Shown here one piece after another: positions 1 to 13,448 of a stretch of DNA of 64,000 bases. A program made the translations under genes and the position numbers. Source of the DNA: Lama guanicoe (Eukaryota); contig MU056756.1 in assembly GCA_013239625.1 (NCBI GenBank), positions 744,001-808,000 on the forward strand. The letters run 5' to 3'. The notes beneath the pieces were generated by a model. That model did not search any database. It saw only the letters and a program-made list of their open reading frames with translations, and was not told the origin of the DNA. Within the stretch, counting starts at the first letter, position 1. Each line of letters opens with the position of its first letter.

Positions 1-2040
1 GAAATTATAAATTCTCTGTGAAAGAAAACTTAACTCATAAACTCCCTTTTTGGAACTCAGTTTCCCAAACCAAAGCATTTCAGGATGATCCGGGAAATCA
101 CACAACGGCTTACTCGCGCAGTTTCACTTACCTGCAGGACCTGGCTACCAAAACGAGGGTGTGAGGAGCTGTATGATGCGACACGGCTCGCTGAGAGCGT
201 GCGGCCAGGGTCTGCGTGTTTGCACTGTTCCCAGAGCTGCCGTGTGTTGAAAGGGAGTTTACCTACACTCAGGACCACAGGACTGCAGCATTGTCCGACT
301 AATGTGACGGTGGCTCAGCAAGTGGCTGCAGCGGGGGGTAATGGCGCTCCCTCTGTCCACCCCGTCGTCACAGTGGTCTCCACTCACACCAGGTCTGCTG
401 TAGGCCGTTCACGGCAGTGTTGGGAAGCAGTGTCCATGTGGGAAGACTGGTGGCAGGAGCCTGCTGCCATGTGCACCGGGGTCGTGGGGGAAGCTGGCTG
501 GGTTCCACTGAAACAGGGCGGAGTTCAGCGCAGCGAGCTCTGACATTGTCTTGAATGTCACCTCCACCAGCTGCTTCCAAAACTCCGCCGACCGGCTCCA
601 GGAGGGTCGGGGAGGGTGGTCTCAGATCCGTTCTCTGTCTCACGGGTAGTCGAGTGAGACTGGTGCTCTGGAAAGGTGCACCTGCATTTACTGCGCGTCC
701 TCGGCTGTCCGGGCTCACCTCCTGGTGTGACCGCCTGGCCATCGTTGAGAACTGTGCCCAGCCTCGCATTCCTGAACGACTTTCTCACTAGCTTTTGGAA
801 ATGACCGCTCTGGCCCCCCCGTAGACGGACGTGAAGCTCCAGTGAGTCTCTAAAGCTGAGCCCCTCCCACCGCTGCTGTGGGAACTTAATTCCAGGGAAT
901 TAATACATTAATTCCTGGGAACTTAATACATTAGCTTTTTAGAAACAATATGAAGTCTCCATTCAGAGATAAAACCAGATCTTTGGTTTTTGTGGTGCTT
1001 GTTTTATTTTGGGTTGGGTTGTTTAAAGTGACTTCTGTAGACACGCCCACCTGCCTTTGGCTCTGGCGTCCAGACCGCGTGTCTTCGTGCTTCTTATCTA
1101 AGGCAAGCTCCAGGTCAGGTGCAGAGATGTTGGAAGCGATGAATTTGCAGGGAATGGGAGTCAGGTTGTTTCTGTGCCCCTGTTCTCAGGAGCAGACTGG
1201 ATTGCCTGTCTCTGCCCTTGAGCGCTGGAGCTGAGCGGACAGACGCCAGGAGGGGTTTAAAGCCACTCTGAGAGCCGAGGTGCTGCGGGCAGAGTCAGAG
1301 CGGCAAGGGTTCCAGACTCACTCCGAGATGAGAGCAGTGGGAGACGGTCCCGTGCGTGGGGTGCAGCTCTGCCCCGTTCTTCGCCCCCACTTCCCACCTT
1401 GCCAGACTGCTCAGCCTCCTTGGGCCTCCGGGCTGGAAAACAGAACAAACTGTGGCAACCAGCCAAAAGCTCTGCAGGCCCGGACCCGTGTTTGACATTG
1501 CACTTCCCAGACTTCCCCAGAGCCCGCGAGACGGTCTCCCTTCTGAAAGAACACTTGGGAAGTGCTCGTGTCTCTTCTCTGTGTTGCGGAGCTCGGCGGC
1601 ACTAGGAGCCCGTCCCACCCGTGGGGTCTGGACTTACCTGTCCAGGTGGGCTCCTCCTCGCAGGGGGCTGTGGTCTTATGTGCCTGCATGTCCGTGTGCG
1701 CGTGGCTCCAGGGCCCTGGCACTGCTCTCACTGGAAGTGGATGGCGTTTGTGGACAGTTGTGGGGTTTGATGGGCTCTGGAAGCAGGGGGGATGCACGTG
1801 TCCCTCAGGTGGCCGTGTGTCCTGCTGGGGGCAGCCAGGAGGGCACCTGGAGATTGCTCCCTCGTCCAGCTGAAGCAAACACAGTGTCACTCCGGGGCTC
1901 CTGGGAGGGCTCGGCGTCGGCGCGGGGAGCGCTCTGGTAGGTCTGCAGTGTTTTGGGCCGTCCTTGGAGCCCCTGTCCCCAGTGTGTGCTGCTGCAGAGG
2001 CCGGGCTGCAGGCAGAAGCCCCTCCTGTCTCCCCATGCAG

Positions 2041-2163
2041 GGCCCCAGCGGCTGTCTGTGACCAGCCTCCTCGTCTGCCACGGCTTGCTGATGGTGGGCA
2101 CCAGCCTGGGCGTCGTGGTGGCCTTGCCTGTCCCTCGTCTGCAGGGCATCCCCAAGGTGACCG
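2041..2163 (+). CDS. ARHGEF10: ARHGEF10 (Rho guanine nucleotide exchange factor 10), penultimate coding exon
   Basis: Translates (G)[40 protein letters not shown](G), matching the C-terminal region of human ARHGEF10 as I recall it. Pyrimidine tract plus CAG acceptor ends at 2040; GTGAGT donor starts at 2164; phase 1 at both ends. Confidence 0.95.
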
Positions 2164-4438
2164 GTGAGTACCACCCCGCACTGTGCGCCTGCGTCTCCCG
2201 GGCCCCTGTCCTGTCCTGTCAACTCGTAAAGCTGGCGGGTCTGTGTTCAGCTGCATCATCCTGGGAGTTGCTTAAATGATGTAAATTACTTGGCTTCTCT
2301 CTCTTTTTTTTTTAAATTTTACTATAAAGGCTCTGTCTGTTACTTTGAATCATCAGTTCATACTTCTGTTTTCCTGTCGCTAACATCGTTGCTCCAGGGA
2401 GAATCTTACCCCAGAACACATTTTCATGTTACCTTTATGCCTCTGGTTGGTTTGTATCAGCATATACAGTTCCGCTCAGTGAAAATGGATGTCTTATATT
2501 TTGCAAAGAAGGCAGCCCAGCATGGGAGAATACTCAGCTGTGCGCTTCTGTGACGCTGTGGGCAGATCAAACCGGCACAGCCTTTTCGGAAAGCGGTCTT
2601 GGCATTATGGCCCTCGAGCCTGGGAGTGTGCGTGTGTCAGGAGTCAGGGTTTCCAAGTCAGGGGTCTGTCTCCAGAAGCAGCCAAATCCATGATGCAGGA
2701 AAAACAGGGAACAACCCAGAGGTCCCAAATGAAGGGCAGGGGGATGTCTAGGAAGGTGGTCACGTTGCCATTTTAGGGTGCAATGCAGCCTGTGAAAATG
2801 TTTGCAGAGAGCTTTGAGTGACACAAAAAAGCACTAATTCTGTAAGTAAAACCAAGATCTCAAATTTTGTGTTGATTGTGGGATAACTCAGAGAAACAGA
2901 TTTGTAGGAAACTCACCGAAATGTTAACGAATAAAAGATCTCTTTCTGTGGTTTCTTCCCAAAGTCCACCCTGGAACCTTTCACTCTGGCTGCAGGCACC
3001 CCTCCTGCCCTCACCCAGGCTTGGCGGATCTATTGCAGACAGGTCTGTGGTTAGATAAATCCGTATTTTATCAGGACCCCCCGTTAGGATTGAGGAGTTC
3101 CGACTCTGTACATTCATTTCTAAGTTCCCTCTTTCATCGCTGTCTGTGACGCAGACGAGGAGCTCGTGCAGGTGAATGGGTGAGAAGGCGCAGGACAGGA
3201 GGCGGGCGTGGCAGCCTGGGGTGACCCCCCCGGCACACAGGCAGGACTGTCCTCCGGAGCCTCACGCCGTCCTCCTGCTGGGTTTCTCTGTAGTTTCGCC
3301 CCTTGTGCCTCAGAAAACCAGGTTATTTTTCGTTGCGCCATTTTCACGTGTACTCTCTTGTCTTGCGACACCTGAGTTGCTCCGGACATCGTCTCCGAGC
3401 TGATCCTCCTGGTCCTCTGACTGCATCACGGCCAGGAGCGTGCCTGTCACCCAGGGACACACCGTGGATTCTAGTTGTTTCCGGCGCCGTGTGTTGCGGG
3501 CAGCACCTCCCTGGGCGTTTACCTGCCGCCCCCGCTCACAGGGGCACAGGGCCCCCGGGGTGTGCACCCGGGGGGGCGTCCCTGGGTGTTCAGATTCACC
3601 GGAGGCGCTCGGGTGCTGTTCGGCTGTGTGTCGGGTCACACCTCCGTCGCCGGTGTCCGGGCATCCTTACCCCTCCACGGTCCCCCCAGTGCCTGCGCTG
3701 GCAGGGCTCTTAACTCGCGTTCTGCTCGCTGAGGGAGCCTGTCACCCCACTGGAGGATCCTGTAGCCAAAGTGGGGTGAAGGCCCCGAGGCCCTGTCTTA
3801 GCCTTGAAGCATTTGGCGGAAGGGGCACGTCCTCCCTGTAAGTGTAAATACCGCAATGAAAATGCAGATGCGACTCAGCTCCCGCCAAGTGCTCGACAAA
3901 CGGGCAGCCGTTCCCACCTGACTCTCGGAGTCGCGTGTCCTGCGGGGGGTCTGCGTTCCGTAGGAAGACCTGTAAGGAGCGCCCAATGACTTTAAAATTC
4001 GATTCACATCACCTTTCAACTGAAACGTCCCCGTTTTAGTTAATTCCAGAGAACTAACTATTCCAAACCGCAGAGGTGAAAGCTGGCAGCCAGCTACGGG
4101 TGGTTGGGGCATCTTGCTCTTAAAATTGGAGTATCTCAGGCATTCAGGTTTTTAAGTCAAGATTCAGGAAAAGTTTTGCTAAGTTGTGTTCTCTGGGAGC
4201 AGGTGGGAAGGCATGTATGCCAAGAGCAGAAGAGCTGTTTTTCACTCTAGAGGTGTGATGCGAGTGTGAGAATGTAGACAGTGTCCTCGGAATTCACTAA
4301 AGGTCCCCGAGAATGTGACTGGAAGCTGTCTGCACCGTGAGCTGCCGTGCGTGGGCTTTGTCCTGGGGACGGGGTCCCCGGGTGCCCCTGTGGTCCTGCC
4401 CGTCCGCGCAGCTCTTGCTGAGCGATGTCCCCTTTCAG

Positions 4439-4950
4439 GAAGAGGCATGGTCTCCTATCACGCTCACAACGGGCCTGTCAAGTTCCTGGTCGAGGCCACA
4501 GCCGCCCTCAAGACAGATAAGGACAAGCCCAGGGACAGCCCGCCCCCCAGCGTGGACCCCCAGGACGAAGACCAGAGGGACGCGCTCCCCGGCGAGGGGC
4601 CCGGGCCCTGCCCCGCTCGGAGCAGCCCCGACGCCGTGTGGCTGGGGGCTTCGCTGGGCTCCACGACCCAGCCCAGCGACGTCTCCTCCTCGTCCGGGTC
4701 CCTGACGCCATCCCAGGGCTCCGGCTCCCTGGAGCCCCGATCAGAGGAGGGCTTCCTCCAGGACCTCCTGCGGCACCCTGGCATCTCCGCCGGCCGAGGG
4801 CGGAGGGCCAGGAAGGCCAAGGCCAGCTCCGTGCTGGTGGCCTGCGGGGGCCAGGGCCACCGGCGGGTGAGCAGGAAGGCCAGGCAGCAGCGGCCAGAGG
4901 AGCTGGTCTCCTCTGTCATGGTCTGGCAGATCCCTCTGCTGAACGTGTGA
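4439..4950 (+). CDS. ARHGEF10: ARHGEF10 last coding exon (to TGA stop)
   Basis: TTTCAG acceptor ends at 4438. G+GA restores the Gly codon in frame, then RGMVSYHAHNGPVKF...SSVMVWQIPLLNV*, homologous to the human C-terminus (...VMVWQIPLLNI). Confidence 0.95.
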
Positions 4951-6146
4951 GCCGAGATCGCCACCCCGGACCGTCTCAGCCAAGCCCCAGGGCCAGGGCG
5001 AGCGCGTGTGTCTGCCCTGGTCGGGTACCCATGACAGCGTCCCTGGGACAGAAGTGTGCAATAGCATCGAGGTGGCGCGTCCTGCCAGCTCCTCCCCTCT
5101 CCCCAGCGGCAGGGCCGAGCGTGGAAGCTCGTGAGGACGGCAGGCAGGAGGTGGTCCCGGGAGGACACGGTGCCCCGACCCCTGTGCCTTAATCATCACG
5201 GCCCCCCCAGACCGGTTCTCACACTGTCCTGTCTTGTCACCTAGAGAATCTGCCAACTCAGACCTCACAGGGAAGCCCAGCCCGTTCGGCAGTGGAGGGA
5301 TGTGGAAACGATCCTTAGTCACGTGGCTTGATTCTGGCTCACTCCTTTTATTTATATGATGAACCTTAACTCCAGGGTAGAACGCGTAACAGTGAAGAAG
5401 GCCAGGTAGCACTCACCAGTCCAGGTGGCGTCCTTGCTTTCCGAGGTGAGCTGGGTTTTCCAAAGAGGCATGATGTGTGTCTTGTATGTCTTTAACAAAG
5501 TAGTATTTTTATGTTGCATTTTGCTGTTAAAAAAACTAACAAAGGTTTAGTTGATATATTTTCTGTAACGTTTCACAAATAACGTTTGCTTTGAACCAAA
5601 ATGCTCAGCTCCTATCGAGATTGTAGACCCGAGTGCCGGTGCCAAAACATTCACCTGTTCTCATACTAAGTAAGCAGCGTCCATCTCCGGGTCAGAGGTG
5701 CGTGTGTTGTAGTGCGGTGGGAGACGCGCCGGCGTGCTGGCCCGTCCTCCCTGCTGGCTTTGCACCTGTTGGCCAGGAACGCCACCTGAAGGACGCAGGG
5801 GGCCGGCGGGGTGGGCGCCCCTGCGGGCGGCGGACATGGGCGACAGGCAGCCCTCGGTCGGCAGGACCTGCCACTCGGCTGCACCGGCCTGCAGTCGTCC
5901 TGCACGGGGTTCGGGGCTCATCGTGCGCCACGTGGATACATGATGTAAATTCTACTTACTGGATGGATTAAAAAAAAAAAAAACTAATGCAGGCCTTCGC
6001 CCGAGATGAAGTTGTCAGCACTTTACAGGTGACTAAAAATGCTAATTTTATGACTTCGCCAAATATTTTCCAAGGTGCGTGTGGACCCCCATGTGAAAGT
6101 AATACCTCCCCGAGCTTCTCAAACTATCAGCTGCTCTTATTTCATA

Positions 6147-6152
6147 AATAAA
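6147..6152 (+). terminator. ARHGEF10: Probable ARHGEF10 polyadenylation signal (AATAAA); 3' UTR ~4951-6170
   Basis: AATAAA in AT-rich context about 1.2 kb after the stop. Alternatives are ATTAAA at 5968 and AATAAA at 6790. Confidence 0.65.
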
Positions 6153-9100
6153 GTCTTTTTATTTAAAAACAGTATCGCGAGTTGCCCTTTCTTCCTGTAA
6201 AACGCCAAAGGGGCGGTTCTGTTCCGCAGATGGTGGAACAGCCCTGCCTGATGCGGCCGCCCCGCCTGCCGCGCCCGGAGGTGGGCGGGCGAGGCTGCGC
6301 ATTAGCAGCGCTTTGAGCTTGAAGCAGGTGCCGGGAAACTCTAGAGACGCACGCACTTGCCAGTTTTTGTTTTGAGTGACACCGTGGGTTGAATGAGTTA
6401 ATATAAAACACAGAGAGAAATGTGGGGGAAGACTAAGCTCGGCGCCGTTTGCGGTGGTTAAAACCCAGCTTCTCAGTATTTCCAGGGGCCAAATAAGACG
6501 GAAGTGCCTGGATGCGCTTTCACTTAAAGCTCGATGCACGAAGGTCTTCATCAGTGTCTCAGAAACTCAGGTTACACCTGCCGGATCTGCCTGCAGCATA
6601 AATGAGGTAAAAAAAGTGCCAGGTGATGTTTCCGTTGACGCTGGAATATTGGTGACCTATCGAGAAAAGCCTCACTGTCACTTGCGGTCCATCTGCACTT
6701 CGCCAGGTTTGCTTTTCAGCGGCGTGGTGAAGCTTGCAAGATCGCTTTACTCCTGTCTTTTGGTTAAGATGTGACATTCTTCTTTTCCAAATAAACACAC
6801 TGGCCGGCTCCTGAAGGGTTCCCTCCCGTGGGGAACGTGGTGGTTCTTAACCCCAGTGAGACAACGTGTGTAAAGAAGATCTGGGGAGACTAGGTCCTCA
6901 CAGAGACGTCAGGGCCTGAAACTTGTCAGCAGTTCCAGGGAGTCCTTTCTCGGTGCTCCTGGCGTCCTGCAGCGCGTCTCTGGGCGTCCGGATCGGAGCG
7001 GGTGGCCGTGCGTGCACCTCCGAGGGCGCGGACTCTGCGTGCCGGGGCCCACGCCTCCCAGGTAAACCGCTGGCCGACTGGCTCGGCAGACTCATCGTCA
7101 TTCCAGAGGTCAGAGCATTTGTACACGAGGACAGCAGTTTCCATGTACGGTCAGATCCCGAGACGGGGCGAACGGGCTGGGGGGCTGGGAGGTGGCCATG
7201 TCCCGTGTTCCCGGAGTGTCCTGTCTGTTAGTCACGGTCTCCTCCATCCCCGCGGACACGGTGGTGTTGGCTGTAAAGGACAATTCCAGAGCCTCACGGG
7301 AGGCAAAACCCAGGCACGTCCCTAGGATGTTTTATGAGCGCCACGCAGTCCCAAATAACGTTTTCACGGAGATCTGTTCATCAAACGCCGTGTCATTTAA
7401 ATGATTTGAGTCATTAGCTGTCATCGGGCACCGTAAGGGCCGGTCCAGCTCACCCCGCCTCGCCGTCCAAGCTTCAGGCTGGGGAGTGGGAGGTCCGGGG
7501 TGGGCACTGCAGGATCGGGGGGAACTGGAAGCAGCTGCAGCAGGGTCCCCCGTTGGGGGGGTCCTGTCACCTGTCACCCCTGGGGCCTGAGCAGCGAACC
7601 CTGAAATGCGGGGTAAACCTCAGCCAGTGGGACCAGGGGTGGTGAGCCTGCGGGGCTGGCCTCGCATCTCTGCCGGGAAGGAGTGCGGCCACAGGTGTGG
7701 GAGAGCTGCCGTCTCAGGTGAGTGAGGGCCGGTGGGCTTGTCTAAGGGATGTCGGTGCCATGCTGTGTGAGTCCACTGTGTCGGCCTCCCCGGATGTGCC
7801 GGGCCCTCCTCGGGAGACGGGAACTGTTCAGACCGCCATCTGAAGGTGAGAGAATGTCCTTTAGATCCTTCTGGGCTCATGTGTGAGAGGGTCCTGGAGG
7901 ACGAGGAGGCAGCCAGCCCTGGGGGGGACAGTGAGAGGGTGTGGAGCCCTGGAGGCCAAACCCAGCCTCCGCCGAGCTCTTCTCTGCTGCGCGCCCACCC
8001 CACCCCGCCCCTCAGGTCCGGGATGCCCTCACCCTCTGCCCCCTCTCCTGGTTGGGGTCACCCCACCTCCTGCCCCTCCTGGCTGGTGGTGCCCAGGGGA
8101 CTGCATCAGACCCCTCGCTTCCTCTTGAGCTGACATCCAGCCAGTCCAGAGCCCCCGCAGGGACCCTGTTTTTACTGGATCCATCTGGAACCCCTCCCAC
8201 ACCACTTCCTGTTTCTGCCTCTGGCCGGGAGCACAATCTATTCTGTGCTTTGAGTCTCTGGGACTCGGATTTCCCCAGAAAACCCATTTCCTCCTTCCCG
8301 GTCACTCTGGGCCCGGCCCTGCTGTGAGGCCCCGGTTCCAGCAGGATAGGGAACAGGCAGGGGCCACGGCGAGGTCGGTTGCTGTGCTCTGGACACTTGG
8401 CTTTTACGCCTGCACCGGTCAGAGCAGGAGCCGGGTGCCTGGAGAGGAGGCTTCCTCTCCGCGTCCAGACAGTCTGCGTCTGGCTGCGTGACCTGGGCCG
8501 GCTGCTCCTGGGGACGGGAGCAGCACTGGCGCTGAGCTGGGGACGAAAGCATTGCGTTTCCTTGGTGACCGCGGGTAAGGGCTTCTCTCCCTGAGGAGCC
8601 ATGTGGTGTGGAGGGGGGGTCTCTGCAAATAGAGTCATCTGATTTGGTTTTGTAAATCACGCCCCGAAGTGTCCTTTTCTGCAAATATTTCCATAAATTG
8701 AATTTGATAAAATGTCCCAGATCCTGGGAAAGAGGGACAGTTCATAACCAGCTTTCTCGCCTGCGAAGTGGACATAATCCAGCCCCAGGGACTGTGCATT
8801 TTGGAGGCAGCTTTGAGATTAATATGCATGGAAGTGTTTCATAAAACTGGGTTTTTTTTTAATGAATAAAGGTCTCAGTAGCGGGAGTGGGCACTGACCT
8901 AGAGCAGCTGTGGGATGTCAGGTCACGGTTCCCGGGGAAGCCAGGTGGGAGGCTGCAGCCGCATCTCTCATTTTCCTTAAAAAAAATCTGGAGGCCGTGT
9001 AAGAAAATGAGTGAACGAAGATGCGATATTACTTTGCTGGCGGCCTCCTTGCCCGTGTGTCAGCTCTAGCTCAGGCACAGGGCGCTGGCCACTCAGAGCC

Positions 9101-10514
9101 CACTTGCCCTCTCACGCCCTCAGCCACCCCTGCGCACGGGCACGGCTCTCACACACACGCACACACACCCCTGCGCACAGGCACGGCTCTCCCACACACA
9201 AACGCACGCACATGCGTGCACACAGATGCGCCTGCGCCTGTGCGGGCCGAGTGGCCGTGCTTGTTTGGCTGGAAGGAGGGAGTGGACAGCTGGCAGGGGC
9301 CTGGCTCTGCCTGGGTTTGCTCCCTGCATCTCCGAGCCCAAAAACATTAACCCTTGCAAGGCGGGTCAGTGAGTTCTCTGCTGCCAGACAGCTCTTGTGG
9401 GGATGAAGGCACGGACTGTTCACGTGTCTGGGGGAATCACATCCTGGTCCTTCCGGGCGGATCCCTGGTACCTCCTTCGCCTTCCAGGCCGCGTCTGGGG
9501 ACACTTCTGCCCGGTTCTGATAAGAACGTGCAGTCTGGGTTCCAAGATGGAGGGGCAGTCAGGGCCACCTGTCAGTGGAGGGCTGTGACCCTGGAGCTTC
9601 CAGGGTGACCCTGAATGTGGGAGGGGCAGGGGGCTCGCAGTCCTCTGGGCATCCCGGCCTGCCCAGTGGGCTCCCGCAGACCCAGCACCAGGCTGGGAGC
9701 CGGGTGGGAGGGGGAAGCTGGTTGTTAGGTGCACAGACGCCAGGCGATGCCTGCAGAGGGCTGGAGCGGCCCACATGCCCTCTCGGAGGTCACCAGAGCT
9801 CCGATGACAGGGTTGGACTCAGAGGAGGAGGGAGGGAGGGGTTAGCGCCTTTGCAGGGAGGCTTGTATAACCGCACTGCCTGGAGCCCGGCCAGGGGGCC
9901 AGGGCGCGGAGCAAGAAAACAAAAGGCTGGGAGCACAGACCCCACAGGAGCCACCCGCAGAAGTCAGGGACTGAGCTACCCCTCCGCGTTGGCTGCACCT
10001 CCCAGCAACAGTTCAGCACCCTTTTGCGTGGCTTGCTGGCTGGGAATTTCATCCCAGGTGACCTCCGTTTGAGGTCTGGAGGGCCTTGTAAGTAGGGGAT
10101 TCGACAGACCAGCTTGTCTGGCGCACGTGCGGCCAAGCGTGTAGGACTGCGGGGACGGCACAGACGAGGGGGGCGTGGGCCTCTGCCTTTTCCCCTGCCC
10201 GGGGTCCCCGCCTGCCCTGCTGCAGTGGGTCTCCCTGGACACAGTGACTGAGCGCCGAGCCGGAGGAGCCCCGGGAAGGGGTGGTGCCAGAATATGAGGA
10301 GCATCCAGAAAAGCCGCCTTCGCCAGCGTCCACAGGTGAGTCGTCAAGGACCAGCACCTGCGGGAGTGCGAGACGCAGCACACCTGCTCAGGTGAGGCAG
10401 AGGGACAACACGGGTGATGGGGAGTTACCTTTATTTTCTTCTGCTCGTCAAAACTAACGGGTTTTTCACCTGTTTTGGTGCTAACACATGGGATTCCTGT
10501 TCTGTCTCTAGGCC

Positions 10515-10690
10515 CGTGGCTCTCAAGCCGGGGCGAGTTTGCCCTCCGCCCCAGGGTCGTGGGGTCATGTCTGGAGACATTTGGGGGTCACTGCCTGAGG
10601 GGGGCATGCATGCCACTGGTGTCCAGAGAGTAGGGGTCAGGGAGGCTGCCAGACACCCCACAGGGCACAGCACACCCCGACCATCCACGA
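10515..10690 (+). mobile_element. MER20-like hAT-Charlie DNA transposon remnant
   Basis: GTGGCTCTCAAGCCGGGGCGAGTTTGCCC...ATGTCTGGAGACATTT...GGCTGCCAGACACCCCACAGGGCACAG resembles the MER20 consensus (from memory). Confidence 0.75.
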
Positions 10691-12547
10691 GGTCAGTCAA
10701 GGAGGGTTCATCCTCATTCAATTTTGTGATTTCTTTTCCGGGGTGAACATATGGGATTCCCGTTTTGTTCCCAGATGTCCTCGACTTCTCGCTAGTCTGT
10801 CTCCTTGTAACACCACTGTTCTAATTTGAGTATAAAAATAATCTTGTTCTGGTCATGAAATGGAGCTTTTCCTACAGATGAACAGGCAAACTGCCCATGT
10901 TCAAACAGCCTTACTTACACTGATCTTTGAGCAAGATCTAATATAATGGTAAATTTACAGCATGAAGAGGCTTTGGATTCATATTCAGCCAAGAGAGAAA
11001 GAGAACTCGTGCTGGCAGGAGACATCGTCCCGTCAGACACCGCGTTTTAAGCAAGTTCGACGTCTGCACACCCAGATTTCCACGAGCAGCAAACGTGGGC
11101 TTGGCATTCCACGTATTCCGACTCACGATTCCCTCCGCTGCTGAGCGCCTCAAAGCACAGAATGTGTTTGGACGGGGACTCTGCACCTAGAGTTCATGGA
11201 TCGATAGATCCATGGTTGACAGCAGGGGCTGTGGACTTGCAGAAAGAATATGCCACCCCCCACCCCGGGCTTGTGTGCAGTTGCATTTCCCCCCTCCTTA
11301 CCGTCTGAATCGGTGATCAGAAAGCTACAGGAAGCCGCCCTCCTGGAGCGTGACGTCTGTGTCTGCGTTCTCAAATTACATTCCCTTTAGTTTAACAGAA
11401 ACACAAACCAGAGGGGAGAGCACTGGCTTCGGAACCCAAGTCCTCTCCTTCCTTCTGTGTTCACCATCCCTCCCACCGTGCACTGATTACTTCTATTCTG
11501 CTAAACAGTCAGTAGGAACTGCCTCAGGAGGTGGGGGAGACAGCACCAGATGGGGCCTCTCAGGAGGGGCTGGCTGGGGTCTGAGGTCCCAGATTGCCCA
11601 GAAGAAATGGCAGCTGGAAAGGTTTTGCGGTCAGCCCCACCCCAGCCTTCCCTCCCTCCTCTCTGCTGCCTGGACCTCCGGCTGCAGTGCAGAACAAAAC
11701 CGCTGGTGGAGGTGGGGCGGCAAAGGGGAAGTGGCTGGCGGGGCACAGTCCCAGGTGCCCGCCCGCAACTGCCTGCCTTCCTCCCCTCAGAGCCGCCGGC
11801 CTGCTTCCCTGAAGGGTGAGGGCAGAAGCTGGGAGTGTGAGGGGAACAGCAGCCCCTAGTCAGTGTCCAGCACTTTTGTAAACGCATCTAGGGCCTCCCT
11901 ACCTCCTGGAAGGCCGCAGTTTCAAACAGAGAGGCCCCATGAGTTTGATGCTGGCATTTTCCAAGTTTCCCTGGTACCCAGTTGAATCCTGGAGAGCAGC
12001 AGGAGAGAGGGGCTTGCCTGGCAGGTTAAATTTCCACATGTATTTATTGGAAATTGTTCAGAGCCCATTTTCAAACATTTTACCCCCACCACCCGACTCC
12101 TCCAACTAATTTGTCACAGATGCATGGCTTAATTCCACAATTTCCAACTGGGAAAGACAGGGCAATAGCACCCTGCATGCTGTGGTCTTTGCAAGGGTGT
12201 GACAAAGGGTCAGATTCCCACGGATGAGCCACGTGCCCGCCCAGGCATCCTGGAACTGGCGTGTGACCCTCTCCTACCCCCTGCCAGGGCGAGGACCGAG
12301 GCAGTGTGTCGTGTCGAAATTTGTACAGCAGTTCAACAGAGTGAGTGTGTACCCGCCTCACTTAGTACTGAGGAAATGGCTTTGCATTTTGCATGTCATT
12401 TAAAATTTTTTTTTCCTAATGATTCATCTTTACTCTGAAAAGATCAGTCCATGATAGACTGAAAACGGGGAAACAAAGGAATTGATTCCTTACAAAAGAC
12501 AGTTGGAAAAGCAATGTTTGTATAGAGCAGACACAGGACCTCTGGAT

Positions 12548-12973
12548 CAGTGTCCCAGGCTGTAACCGAGTAGCACAAACGAGGGGCTTGAGACAACAGG
12601 AAGGCATCCTCTCCCAGTCTGGAGGCGCAAGTCCGCGAGGGACGGGGCACGGGCCGCTCTCCCTCTGAAGGTCCAGGGAAGGATCCTTCCTGCCTCTTCT
12701 GGCCACTGGTGTTTGCCAGCATCCTTGCATCTCCCTTGGCCATGACCACACCCCCTGATCGCTTCACGTGGCTTTCCTCTGTGTGTGGCTGTATCTGTGG
12801 CTGAATCTCCTCTTTTTATAAGAATGCTGGTCATAATGAATCAGGACCCACCCCAAGGACCTCATTTTACCCTAGCTACTTCATAAAGACCCTGTCTCCA
12901 AATAGTCACGCTCTGAGGTCCTGGGGGTTAGGGTGCCAGCATATCTTTTCTGGGGGACATAGTTCAACCTGTA
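12548..12973 (-). mobile_element. MLT1 (ERVL-MaLR, MLT1B/C-like) solo LTR
   Basis: Reverse complement reads GGTTGAACTATGTCCCCCAGAAAAGATATG...CCTAACCCCCAGGACCTCAGAGCGTGACTATTTGGAGACAGGGTCTTT...CTTATAAAAAGAGGAGA, typical of MLT1; about 430 bp. Confidence 0.85.
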
Positions 12974-13331
12974 AAAACCTTTAAATTGGGGTTAAGCAGA
13001 ATTTACTATTGGGTAAGGTCCTTATTTATGCTTTTGAGGATTTATTAGTTAGTCCTTTACTATGCAAAGATGACTTGAAAAATTAAAACCTGTTTTGCAG
13101 TCACTGTATTATCAGCAGTGAGGTCAGTAATGCCGTGGATACCTGTTGATTTGGACTTTTGTCCTGTTTAACCTTGCACATCATCAAAGCCACCACTAAT
13201 ATTCCTTATGTGATGACAGCAGTGTGGTTTCAGACAGACTGATTCGACAACAAGATCTGTCCCTGTTCTGGGGACCCCCTGCCCCTTCAGCAAGACAGGA
13301 ACAGCCCGAGTCCTGGGCTCCTGCAGCTGCG

Positions 13332-13448
13332 CCAGCACCAGCACCAGGACCAGGACCAGCACCGGCACCAGGACCAGCATCTGGACCAGCACCAGCACCA
13401 GGACCAGGACCAGCATCTGGACCAGCACCGGCACCGGCACCAGGACCA
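13332..13448. repeat. 6-bp-unit tandem repeat (CCAGCA/CCAGGA/CCGGCA/TCTGGA), ~19.5 units
   Basis: Read directly from the sequence. Confidence 0.95.

Noticed and set aside
5968-5983. ATTAAA plus A14 as a retrocopy tail or true poly(A) end
   Set aside because: It is a genomic A-tract in the 3' UTR with no TSD or parent sequence, and more likely an oligo-dT internal priming site.
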